From: Glaucostegus cemiculus
Taxonomy: Eukaryota
Assembly: GCA_976551045.1 (NCBI GenBank)
Contig: CDPCPM010000197.1
Location: 496,001 to 560,000, forward strand
Length of the DNA: 64,000 nt
Direction: 5' to 3'
Shown: in pieces, positions 40,952-53,370 of the stretch
How positions within the stretch are numbered: the stretch's first letter is position 1
Layout: each line of letters starts with the position of its first letter
Notes under the pieces: model-generated
The model's database searches: none
Told to the model about the DNA's origin: nothing
The model's input: the letters and a program-made list of their open reading frames with translations, nothing else
Program-made: the position numbers and the translations under genes

Positions 40952-40968
40952 AGTTCAACAATGGTTCA
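40952..40968 (+). promoter_or_regulatory. Additional DR5 RARE candidate
   Basis: AGTTCA acaat GGTTCA; both half-sites are consensus. Confidence 0.55.
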
Positions 40969-41772
40969 GAGAGGGGAATGGTGCAAAGAAATGATAGCAA
41001 TCAGGAAATTCAAAGAGGGTTTCTTCCATAGGTCAATAACTTCAAATCTGCTCAAACGTGAAGTTACAGTTTGTTTCATCCCTATTTTTGCCTTTCTTTC
41101 GGGATTGTTTCATTCCAAATAATCCGAGTGGGTAAGATTAGGGAGTTGGAAAGTTGGGAGAATTTTCTTAGGATAAAAAAATACCGAGAACAACTTTTTG
41201 CGTGCAGTCACTTTGAACGGAGGAAATTCAAAGATAAGGAAAATTCTGAACGGAATACCGGAATTACTTTGTCTACATGGTTCCACATACATCAGGATGC
41301 ATGTGCCAATGCTGCATCTTGTGTGTGTTTTACTTTATTACAATAATGGTCAGCTCTTATTCAGACCCCTGAACGGCAGAAATTAAACTTTTAGAGTTAT
41401 GCAAGTTACCAAGTTTACGAAGCACCAGGCATTTCCTGTGTTTTCACTAAAAGCGAGATTTTAAAATGTTATTGAGTGGTTGGAGATGGGGGAGGAGGAC
41501 ATGACAGCTTCTCTCTTTTGAATTTAATTACAGATCACCTCCGTTTCTCTTTACTTAGCAAGCAGGTGAAGGAGAGTTTGACCTCAATGAAAAACAATGA
41601 GGAAGTTGCAGTACAATGTTCAGCTCCTTGTGGTTTTTCCCCCTTTAAGTTTACATTTGCTTGACAGGACCATTTCATTCCGGCCATCAGATGGACTCGT
41701 TCAATATTTACTCAGGCTGAAAGGTTTGCCCAGGGCCAGCCACAAGAAGCCAGTTCTCCTTCTCCAGTCCCT

Positions 41773-41789
41773 GGTTCACGGAGAGTTCA
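41773..41789 (+). promoter_or_regulatory. hoxb1 3' DR5 RARE
   Basis: GGTTCA cggag AGTTCA, the Hox1-type 3' DR5, ~4.9 kb after the stop codon. Confidence 0.88.
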
Positions 41790-43564
41790 CGCCGAAATTA
41801 ATTCAGCAGTCTGGGTCACTCTTGATTAAGCGTTCGTAGCTCCTCGCTTAGGGTCAACCTTAAACCAGGAGGAACCTTCTCTCTTCACTCCCTGTAGTCC
41901 AAGGGCATTGCAGTTCTAAAATAAAATCTCCTCTATTTCAAGCTAGCCTCAAAATGATTTAGCAAAGTTTGCAAATGTCAAGATAAAGAGCAGGCAGCAT
42001 CTCATTTAGATTTGGAAAGGTCAAAGGTCGCATCTACACTGAATAAATGAATAGTTAATAGCAGTTTATGGTAGACGTTGGCCACGCCTGCCGCAACCTC
42101 AGAGTTTGGAGATGGGGATATTACAGTCAAAATGAAAAGTGATCTTTTTAAAAATTTGAGCATTTATACCCACTGAAATAAAGTGGATTGATCATGTCAC
42201 TACAATGGCAGATATGTATATTTAAGAAAGGTGAAGGTAATTTTTGAGATTTCCAAAGGCTTTCGTTCCCAAATTACTAGAAAGTTGGTTTATGCGATGT
42301 GCAATCAGTTTAATTATTTAAACATTATCCACTATATTATATCAAAATCCATCAATATTTGATTTAACAACACCAGAGCGATAAAATATTCGCAGCAAAG
42401 TCTGTCTCAGACGAATCTATATTGCATTAATGAATGTTCTCATTTGGCTTATTTTTTTGTACTGGGGTCACAAAAGCTTAGTTCTCATCTATCAAAGAAA
42501 CAAGACGTTACGGTAATAACACAGCAGCGATGAACTGCTTCAGCAATGTATTATTACAGCCATAAATTCTTATTCATTACATTATGAAAAACAGAAGGGC
42601 AAGGGAAATTACTGCAGAAAATACAGCATCTGAAATTTAAGCATAAATATCACAAATGATGACTATTTTCCTTTAAAAATCGAAAGCACCAGCACAAACA
42701 CATTTAAAGTATTCACAAAAGGATTCGTCTGGTCTCAGATTCTGGCGTCACAATTAATTTCATTCAACTTCATTATAGACAAAAAATGTGGCTGGGAAGT
42801 TTTTTTTAAAGGTCCCGGAAATATCTGACACCAAAGCCAACTTCACGCCTTCCTTCTCCATCAACGGATAGACACAGGAAAAAAATATCCAGGTTAAAAC
42901 AAAGTTAAAAGTTTCCGTTCATTAGATGCGACATCATCTAAACTGAACCAGCCGCAGGTTTCCATTGTGATACACAGTCCCTTGCGTTTAGAAAGCTCAA
43001 AGCAACGCATTTATAGGAAGTTGTTTATTTTCTTTGGATATTTTATGAAACTTTTCCCTTCGGTTTGCGAATTCAATGCACAAGGGGAGAAGACATTAAA
43101 ATTGTGACCATGAAGTTCACAGCTATTTTTACAATACATAAAGTCAACGTATATTCTGATGGGGACAGGTTATGTAAATATTTATACGTGTTGACCGTAA
43201 CTACGAAAGTAAATTTTCTTACAGATTTTTTATTTCTTCTCAACACAGAAACATCTTTTATTAAAGATAGAAATAAGACTGTCGATAAATCCATTAGGGA
43301 GATAAGGGGTTTGTCTGGAGAATGGTTAGAATGCGTAAACTCGCTCGGACAAAATATTAGCTGAGGTTACTGAGATAAATGTGCTTAATAGAAATAATCA
43401 CAAAAGAGAGAAAGAAATCTAAAGACATGGCGATACAAGGGGCTATTTTGGGTGAAAAGACCATCCAAAGGCCAGTAGTTTTATAACAGAAGCTACTTGG
43501 CCAACCAGTCAATAGTTCATTGGCTTACGCTTTACCCGGGCCTGATATAGTCACATGAATCGGT

Positions 43565-43620
43565 CTAGAATCGTACAGTATGGGAACAGGCCATTTGGCC
43601 CCGTTGGTCCACGCCGACAA
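43565..43620 (-). mobile_element. Short CR1-type 3' tail fragment
   Basis: tagaatcgtacagtatgggaacaggccatttggccc belongs to the same tail family. Confidence 0.5.
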
Positions 43621-46600
43621 TTTGGACGGCTCTGATTACATCCTTACAAAAACCCGTGCTACAGATCCTTAAATGTGCTAGATTTCACCTTCGAGTAGAA
43701 ATGCTAACTTCTTTTCCACCGAAATCTTTCTGTGAACAGCCAAAATTCATTTTATTTTCTGTCTAGTTTTGCGTTTGAGACACGTAAACCGAATGTCTTG
43801 AGCTGTCCGCATCCGTTGTAAGGATTTGTCTGTTAAGGATGCGGCGGAGCAGCTCCCCTGTTTAAGAAGGTAACCGAGTTCGTCTCTCACTTCAAAGAGT
43901 CCGGTTGCTCCCATCACCATTATCTGCATATACACTTGCATAAACAAACACACGCCTTCAAGAGGTTGTCTTCCTGCACTCCCTACCATCGAAGTGTGTC
44001 GGCACCGGGCAGTAACATACGACAAAGCGGTGCATTGTACTTTGTTAATATACCGAGACTAACGTCCAAGAAACTTCATAAAACTATTAATTATTAAATA
44101 AATAAACATGTGTATTGACCAGTCTCATCCTCGATAAATCGAGATATCCATGCAAATATATATAGAGTGCGCGATAACAAAAGAAAATTGAATGAAAAAA
44201 TGTATTCTTTTCATCTCTATATTTGCAAGAATAATGCTATATAACCTGTATGGATTGCAAATGCCTATAAACAGACGGCGAAAGGTTGTCTAAATAGCAG
44301 GAAAGACAATTTTAACTCCTTTATAATTTCGAGTGAGATTATTCCCTTACTAAATATATTACAAATAATTGACAGGGCGTTTTAGAATTGGAAACTTCTC
44401 TGATTACAACTCTGATGGGGAATAGATTTCAATGCCCAATAGTCATAGTCATTACAACACAAGGCGACGGTTCGTGCTCCTGTTTTCCAGTTAATCCTCC
44501 TGTTACGATGAGACCTTAGGGAGTGGAAACGGATGAATCGAGGTCGGGGTGGGCAGGGCTGGGGTCTTTGTAACGCTATCCTCCGCAGTGTACCGGAGTA
44601 GGGGAATCGAAAGAATATCTCAATGTCACGATCTCCAATAGAGCCAGTATTCTGAATTTCATAAGTATATTCTACTAACCATATCCCATAAATACAAGTG
44701 TCTCTCAGAAATCCGTAGATTTACATGACTCGTAATTATAACACAGTTTTAATCTTCTTCATACTTAAATTGTCTAAAATTCCATTGATGCAGTGTGAAT
44801 TTTATATTCAATAAAATAAAATCGTAAGAAGGAGGGGTCCATATTTAATCTTAAAACACACACACTCGAAATGACCACATTCATAATTTAAGTTGTTGTG
44901 TTGAATTATTAGTTTGGAAAAGAATTGGCACGTTTATTTAAGAAAATGTTTTATCCCTTTTGAATGACACTGCATCATTCGATATTAAAAATGTGTACCA
45001 GAACCCGTACTAAGCAAAGAACCGAATTCGGGATTTTTTGAGCGAATTTATTTTTTCTTACTAGTTTCCTTTAAATAGATTAAAATTCTGTCGATAAATG
45101 TTCATTCTTTAAACTGAACCACCGGTTAAACCCAGAGAGTGTGATTAGGAGATCGTTAGTTTCACTTTTAAGAAGAGTGCGGATTCCTTTTAATATATTA
45201 CAGCTATTCCCAGACCAGGGAATACAACAAGGGAATGGCACCAGATAATGAATTGCAGCTAACGAGCAATTATAAATGTATATTTCCTTGTTTAAATTAA
45301 AATATATATGTACATATAAATATTAACCCAATCAGATTTAAATGTGCAGTAAACGGATTATATCTCGGGAGAACTAAAATAAATGAAATGCTGAAGTTGT
45401 AGGTGGCCTGCTTAAAGGCAAAGGTTGATATATTTTATATATAAATACACAAAACCTCGCTGTGGTTTCCCTCATCTAAGCGTCTTTGTAAGGCAGGAAA
45501 TTAAAAGTCAAATTACTGGTGTATGTATATTTTCTGGGATGAGAGAGAACGTTCTATCTATTGGCTAGGACACGAATCTTTGTTGACAGAAAAGTACCAT
45601 AAACAAACTGAAAAATATTCAATTGGGAGGGATTTTTTGGGGTGATAAATTTAAATGTTTTTATTTATTCTCAGCTTTTCTCATCGAAGTTACGAGTAAA
45701 GGGGGTAACAGACAGCAAGAATCCCAGCAGAACAGTTTTGGCGTGTATTTTTGTACATTGTTTTTGGAACATTTGAGTTTTGTTTCTATAATCATAATTG
45801 CGGAAATTGGCAACATGACAATTGGAGTCATGAGATATGGGAGCCTGGGTGTGCCGCTCCTAGATTGTGACTCTTCTGCGGAGCTCATTGCTTTTAAGTA
45901 CAACTGTCACGTTACATTTGGGACCTCAGAACGGACAGCATTCTGTAGGATTTGAGACCAGATACAAATACACCTATGGAAACCTTGCAATGCGTATTTG
46001 TTTTCAGTTCTAACTTTAGAGCACCTGGGGACACTCAGGAAGCAGTTTCCGCCAGAACGCATAGAATCCAGATCCCGTTGCTTCACGTTTCATTTTAGGT
46101 TAAAGTTATTAATTGGAAAATTTGCACTGCTTTCCAAGTTCCTCATTTCTCTGCAATTGTTATGTGAAGGTTCATACAATAGTCAAATGTGTCACATGAG
46201 ATAGATTTTAAAAAGGCGAATCATTTCAACAAGGGTCTTCAGAAGTGACCCGAGGTTCGCATTTTATTTAGAGCCAGCGGTTCAGAGGGGAGAGATATTG
46301 ACTTTGACTCTGGCCTCGAGTGCTGATTCCTACCACTGTCCTTCACATCGGCGATATTCCGGACCTTCCTCATTAATTTACCCCCTCCCCCTCCCCGCCC
46401 CCCATCTCTCCAAGAACGGGTGTGTATGTGCAATCGGTAAAAAAAAATCCACCTCATCCATAATTGGTAGCGTTGATACGGGGAAGCTATCCGCAGGATC
46501 GAACCGAACCGGTCAGAACCTTTCCTTTTGCTATCGATTACCGAGCTGGAGAGGTTAATTCACTGCTGTTGTTATTGACCTGGTGACCGTGGTTATCCTT

Positions 46601-48562
46601 CAATTGTTGGAAATCCCGTACTTTCAATATAATGTGGATGCCTGCAACCTTATATATTCATTTGCGGTGTGCAGTGGAGCAGCGGTTCGATCTAAGTTTT
46701 CGTTTTCTTATTTCAGAGAGAAACGCGTCTGATTTTCCTCTCTGAAGATACAGCTTACGGCAGCTCCATTCCCTTTTAGTCCTTTGGCCAATTTAACTCA
46801 CTTTAACTAAACAGCATTAACTAAACAGCCGCTCTTGAACATTACAATGGATGATTGATATTATTGGATATAAACATGCATAAACATAGTAGTAGGTAAC
46901 AATGTATATACAATCTAGTGCAACTCCAATATTTTGGGTATAGTTTATTCTATCCAAAAGTACATCAATACATATTCATGTAGCAATTAGTGCTTAAATA
47001 ACTACCCACTTGTATCAAAAGATATGCAACTTAAATAAATTCCGCTCATAGCTGGTGACCAAAAGAAACGACTGTGTTTCTCTGCCGTACAGGAGTTGCT
47101 TGTTTACATTTGGAGTTGTCCCATATTCGGTTCTCTGCTTATTTCTTTGGTATTGTTAATCTGAAGACTGGACATCAACGGCCAACTTGAGACAAGGTCA
47201 CGGATTCGATCTTAAGAGGTTTGAACCGATTAGAATTTTAAAAAATTGAGCTTTTTGTTAAAAGTATAAAATAAACAACAGTAGTGGGGAAAAACATGGC
47301 CATTACTGGCAAATAGGTGCTTAAAATTCAGCTTAGATTTGTTCCGAGCTCCGAGTCGTGTGCCAGTTGTTAAGCATTTGGCGGGCGGTTGGACCTGTAG
47401 AACCGCGTAACATCATCACACGAAGTGGAAAACAGTTGACGGTGACCTTACAGGTGAGAAACACGAGCCGCAATGAATATAACCCAACACAGCTGGTATC
47501 CAGGAAATGAGTCATTGTTAATGCCAGTAAAAGCCGGTGTCAAGGGCTGATGTGGACATGGTTACAGTGGGCAAACTTGGTGCGTTTGCTTCAGACTTCC
47601 GCCTTGAATGCCTTGGAAAACATATTGAAAACTTTCAACGGGTCAGGAATAAAATATAAATCACTTAATAAAATAAATATTTTTTTGGCTTAGCCCCTGA
47701 ATACGGGCCAGAGCCAGGAGAATATCTATATCATGTTTCGAACTATACTTCATCAAATGTAATAACACAATATTAGTGGAACTCTCTCAACCCTTGGGTT
47801 TAAGAATATAAGCGTGTCCTGTGTTTTTGCTGAGCTTGCCTCCGTTTTGAAATCTATTCTCTGCGTATTGGCTCTTTTATCAGAGTCAAAATACAATTCA
47901 ACCCTTCCTGGACGAGTTGGGTTGAAAGGTTATCTCTGTGTAAATGCTTGGACTCAGTAAAACCTGTTTGAAGAAAAACAGATGTGGTCCGCAACATACT
48001 TGAAGGCTTTGCACTCTGGGCGTGTACACACGCCATTAAAACCACATCAGGCACTTGTTAAAGGGGAGAAAACCAACAGCGATAAAGCCAACTCAATTTT
48101 ATTGGGTTTTATCAGTTAGGGAGAAATCTAGAACCAACATTTGAAAAAAAAACATTTTGCTCAACAATCAATGATTCTTGATAAGGAGCCAAAAAGTATA
48201 CTTGCTTGATGTAATCTAATACTTGATTACCATTTGGACTTCTGAGAAATTAATGTCACGACCTTTCTTAAGTAATGGGACAAATATTTATTACAATATC
48301 ATGTAATCCGTTATAATATATAGGCTACTTAGTAATGTACTGCAAATGATTTCCTGGTAATACTGCAGTAATGATGTCACCAAGGAGGTTAATTACCGAA
48401 GCATATGGTGGGGTTTAAAATGCCACTGAACACTTTTGGTTAGAGGCATTGAAATGTGCAAGTGCAATCTCTGGCATCAATAAAAATCAACAAAGTTCAG
48501 GCATCAGTCAAATTAAAAAAAAAACTTCCCAAACATTTATGTTGGTGGGAATCATGAAGTCT

Positions 48563-48692
48563 TGAAAAGACAACTGCAGATGCTGGAAAACAGAAATAAA
48601 ATCTGATGAAGAGTCCTGAACCTGAAACATCAACTCAGTTTCTCTTTCAACTAGGTGCTGTCTGTCCTGATGAGAGTTTCCAGCATTTTCTC
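48563..48692. mobile_element. Penelope-like terminal-repeat relic with inverted ends and a decayed hammerhead core
   Basis: actgcagatgctggaaaa ... ctgatgaagagtcctgaacctgaaacatc ... gtttccagcatttt; related to 56405-56610. Confidence 0.55.
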
Positions 48693-48729
48693 ATTTAATG
48701 ATAGAGATGGCTTTTAATGTTTCTGGTCA

Positions 48730-48990
48730 AATTTTAAATTAAATTTTAAATTTTATTTACAGCGTGGTAACAGGCCCTTTCGGCCCAACGAGTCCGCACC
48801 GCCCATTTCAAACCCCCTAATTAACCTACCCGTACATCTTTTAGAATGTGGGAGGAAACCGGAGCACCCGGAGGAAACCCACACAGACACGGGAGAACGT
48901 ACAAACTCCTGACAGTCAGCGACGGGAATCGAACCCCGATTGCTGGCGCTGTAACAGCATCGCGCTAACCGCTATGCCATCGTGCCGCCC
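48730..48990 (-). mobile_element. tRNA-derived V-SINE (HE1-like), full length
   Basis: The minus strand has an A box, B box (GGTTCGATTCCC), V-domain-like GTGGGTTTCCTCCGGGTGCTCCGGTTTCCTCCCACA and an AT-rich tail. Closely similar to two other copies in the window. Confidence 0.9.
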
Positions 48991-50074
48991 ATTCATTCCT
49001 GGCACATGGATATCATAGACAAGGCTGGCAGTTCCCGCATTGCTCTGAGAAGGAGATTGTGAGCCATTTTCTTGAGTCATTGCTGTAGTGATTTGGTGTA
49101 ACATGAGGGAACATTTAGAACCAGCCACAGTGGTGTGGGGGTAGGAATAACACATGACAGCAACTTTCATTCCTGTGGTGGACCAGCTGAGATTTTTTGA
49201 CAATCTACAGCTTTATGGTCACTTTTACTAACTCGTGTTTTTCTTTTTAAGAAAAGGCAAATACTTTGATGGGATAAGAACTCGCACCCTCATTAACTTC
49301 TACATCTCTTGGGTTGTTAGCAATGATAGATATATTGCAATTGGATGTATCACATAGTCATTACTGCAGAGAAACAAGTCATTTGCCTATTTCCTCCCAC
49401 CCTACTTTATCTAACCCTAGCTTTGCTCCAGCAAGTAATTATTTAACTTTCTCTTGGATACATATACTTGACTTGCCATAACCATTCCCCATGATACCAA
49501 TTCCCACATTTAAATCACTTTCTGGGTAAAGAAATTTCTTATAAGGTACCTTATTCATGTTATCACTGTTGTTCTTATGCACATGCCCTTTAAATTTGGA
49601 CTCCCTTCATGTAGAAATATCTCTTCCACCTCTAACCTTGTCATTAATCCTTAATTAGTCTGGATCTATGAACAGCCTTCTCCAAATTTCTAAATCCACA
49701 AAATTAAAAGGACAAGTCACCTAATAAGATTAATACATATAAGACTCAGAAAAAGAATTGCCAAGTCTCAAGGACTATATGTGGCTTTAGTGTTGAGGTT
49801 GGACAACCCTGCCCTGGATTTGCATTGGCTCTACTGACTTTTCCATGGATCATTTATATAGATGGGGTAACATGAGCAGAATGAAGTTTTTCTCAGCGTT
49901 GATAACAGAGGGTTTTACCCACTCATTTTAAATGACTTAATGACTTCATTACAATAGCAGATGGAAGTGTTACCTATGAAGACATTAACATACCAACAAT
50001 ATTATTTTTTTGCTGCAGAATTTCATGCTCTATGTTCCGTACTAAATATGTGGCCCCTCCATTAATAAAAAGAA

Positions 50075-50405
50075 GGAAGCTGTATCTATATGGGACCTTT
50101 CATTACCTTAGAATGTCAAAAACATTTTACAGTCAATTAGATACATTTGAACTGTAGAAAATGGGGCCATGGAATTTATACACATCAATTCCCCCCACAT
50201 AGAAATGACTAGATAATGTGTTGAAGATGCTAGCCAGGCCAATGGGGAGAACTTCTTCAGATAGTGCATAGAAACAGTAACATTGGTTCGACAAAGCCTC
50301 AGTACATAAATATATCTAAAATGAAGCAGCTTGGTAGTGAGGCACTCCTTTAGTGCTGTACTGAAATATCAGCATACATCATGTACTCAGATCTCAGGAC
50401 TGGAG
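50075..50405 (-). mobile_element. Old Deu-domain SINE (SacSINE1-like), degraded
   Basis: Reverse-complement similarity to 61270-61680, including gcactcctttagtgctgtactg. Confidence 0.55.
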
Positions 50406-50589
50406 GGCAATGGTCGTGGTGGTGGGGGGGGGTGCGGTGGAAGATGCAGTGGTGAATGGCAGCCTACACTTTTCTGACCCAGAGCTGTTCCATACAATAA
50501 GATAATACATTTTTCAGAAGGAATCAGTGTGGATCCTTCATGCCTGTAGGCCAACATTTAATGTTTAACTAATTTCACTAAAACAGGCA

Positions 50590-50742
50590 ATCTTGTCACT
50601 GTCATTTTGCCCTTTGTGGGGCTTTGCTGTTCACAAATTAATTACCACCCTTCCTACAATATAACAGTGATTACAATTCTGAAGTATTTCAATGGCTATA
50701 AGGTACACAGGATATCCTGAGACTGTGAATGACATGATAGCT
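50590..50742 (+). mobile_element. SacSINE1-like 3' tail
   Basis: tttgtggggctttgctgttcacaaatt...ttcctacaatataacagtga resembles 61550-61680. Confidence 0.55.
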
Positions 50743-51344
50743 TTCTCATCCTTCCAATGAACACCATAAATTTGTCAGCTTTGCAGTTGCACTGATCAGA
50801 GCTGTATGGAACTGTCTAAACTTATGTGTGGGGTGTTCTTCTTTGTCTGACTGCAGTCAAGCAGAACTGACGGTGCAAAGCTGGGTCGCCATTGGCTAAT
50901 GTTGCAAAAACAAATACTGGCATTAAACTGCTATGTGCAGTTTCGAGACAACAATGACTGACATAAATCACTGATATGACTTTTAAACCCGTAATAACAG
51001 TGACAGCTCTGGACATAACACTTACAGAGATTTAAGGAAACTATAATTAAATCATCTAAATGTGACGCTCATTATGAATATACTTGTAATCGTGTGATTC
51101 TTATCACTAATGCAGTGATCTAATACTCTGTCAATGTAATTATACTGCGGTACCCAGGTCTTCAGTGCTACAGGAGAAAATTTCAACCTTAAAGCATATG
51201 CTATAGAAAATGAGGTTGTGTGTCAATATATTCTAGGGTTCAAATTAAACTATTAATCTGTAAACAAGTATATTATAAATATGCATAATGAATTGTAAAC
51301 AAATATTATAAATATGAATAATATGTAAAATAACTCCAGGTGTT

Positions 51345-52050
51345 TCTTCACTGATGTCCAATATAATTGAAGTCAGACATCTTTACTCCTGTACTCAAAG
51401 CTAACATACCATTTGCCTTCCTAATTTCTTGTGACACCTGCATGTTAACTTCCAGTGACTTGTCTACAAGAACATTCAAGCCTCTTTGAACATCAACATT
51501 TCTAAGTATGTCCCAATTTAAAAAATACCCCGCTTCACTGTTTTGTGAAGTGGATGACCTCACATTATTCCACATAATGTTGCATCTGCCATGTTCTCAT
51601 CTATTCACTTAATATTTACCTTGTACCAATACCAATACTACCATAGTGTAGTGTTGCAATGAAGTGATCGGTATGGATGGTATGCAAGAAAAGTTTTTCA
51701 CTGTACCTTAGTATACGTGATAATATTAAACCAATTTGCCCTTGAAGCCTCTTTACATCCTCCTCCCTACTCACAACCCCACCTGGTTTGGGATCATCAA
51801 CAAACTTAGTGACATCTGGTGCTTACAGCCAAATCATTGATATAGACTGTGAATAGCTGGGGTTCTGGTAGTGATACCTGCAGCATCCTGCTTGTCACAG
51901 CCTGCACCCCTGAGAAAGAGCTGCATATTCCCACTCTTTACTTTCCATCTATTAACCAATTCTTAATCCATGCTTGTGTATTCCTCCCAATTCCAAGTGC
52001 TCTCATGTTATTGATCAACTTCTTGTGTGGAGCCTTATGGAAAGCGTCCT
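51345..52050 (-). mobile_element. CR1 LINE ORF2 (RT) fragment, interrupted by a short insert at ~51615-51735
   Basis: Minus-strand peptide DVQRGLNVLVDKSLEVNMQVSQEIRKANGMLAL is typical of the CR1 post-RT region. Confidence 0.75.
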
Positions 52051-52624
52051 AGTTTGAACAGGTTACAAGGGGTAGGGAGGGGTTAAGAACATATTGGGAT
52101 TGGAAAATAATAATGGTAATTTTAAAACCAAAGCATTGCTATATTAGGAACCAATATGGGTCATTGAGCAGAAGGGGATGGGACTTGATGTGAGTCAGGA
52201 TAGCAGCAGTAGAGTTTTGGGTGAGATCACTAAATAGAGAGTGCAGTCTGAGAGACCACAGGAGTGATTACATCCTGAGGGAACCAAGGCATAAATAAGG
52301 CTTTCAGCAGGTGATCATGTGCACAGGGAGAGAGGCAGATGGTATTGCAGAGGGGGAAACTGGAGGTCAGAAGATCAGCCCAAGGTCGAGAAAGATATCA
52401 AGGTTGGGAACAGCCTGGTTGAACTTCAGCTAGTAGCCAGGACTTTGGTTGGAGTCAATGGCTCAGGAATGGAGTTTGGGAGGACTAAAAGCAATCTTTC
52501 AGTCTTTCCAATATTTAATTCAGGCTCAAACTTACTTGTTCCTGTTGCAGTTTCTGACCATTCTCCCAATGAACCAGCCAAACCTCCTCCCTCAACTATC
52601 ACCACCTGAAACATATTAACTGAG

Positions 52625-52775
52625 CGTTTATCTCAGTACATTTCTGGAGCTCTGTTATGTGCAAATTGGCTGCCGTGTTTGCCTTCACAACAAGAATGAC
52701 TGAATTTCAAAAGGTATTAATAGCGTGTGAGACAATTTGAGACTGATAAAGTACTATAGAAATGCAAGTTTTATT
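52625..52775 (+). mobile_element. SacSINE1-like 3' tail
   Basis: gtgcaaattggctgccgtgtttgcc...tatagaaatgcaag. Confidence 0.55.
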
Positions 52776-53177
52776 TCTTAAAACAGTAATTTGCTGGAGC
52801 TTTGTTAATCCCAAAACAGGAGCTGATGTCTGGCATGTATATATCATAGGCAATTATCTATTTCTCCCCCTTACATAATCAATTGTTTGAAATTCAGATT
52901 CTAATGAATGGAATTTACACTAATCAACCAGCACTGTTTATGGTTAACATTTTCTTTGAACTGCTGCATGCACTGGACAGAGATCAGATTGCAAGCCTGA
53001 CAACATATGCTAGCATTTTCCTTTAGGGAGATAAATGGCAAACATTAGAATCAGGCCATTGCATCTCGACTCTAATCTCCACGCTGTATAGTCTGAAAAC
53101 TAGCATCTGGATGTCAGTGTCTTTTTTCCATTGTAACTTTTTTTTAGCTGGCTTTGTTCACTCTTCTCCTAAACAAG

Positions 53178-53370
53178 ACTCCCATTTCCATAGCACCATT
53201 CATAACACACTAAAGCACTTTTCAAACAATGAGGTACTTGTGAACTGTTGCCAATGTTGTAATGTAGGGTACATAGAAGGTAATTTGGGTACAACAAAAT
53301 TTCACAAATAGCAATGTGCTAATCATGAGATAATCTGCTGACTGAGGGATCAATATTAGCAGGGCACATG
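53178..53370 (-). mobile_element. SacSINE1-like 3' half
   Basis: Reverse complement of the same tail family. Confidence 0.55.

Noticed and set aside
48915-48990. tRNA genes
   Set aside because: The A/B boxes are SINE heads fused to a V-domain and tail, repeated three times.
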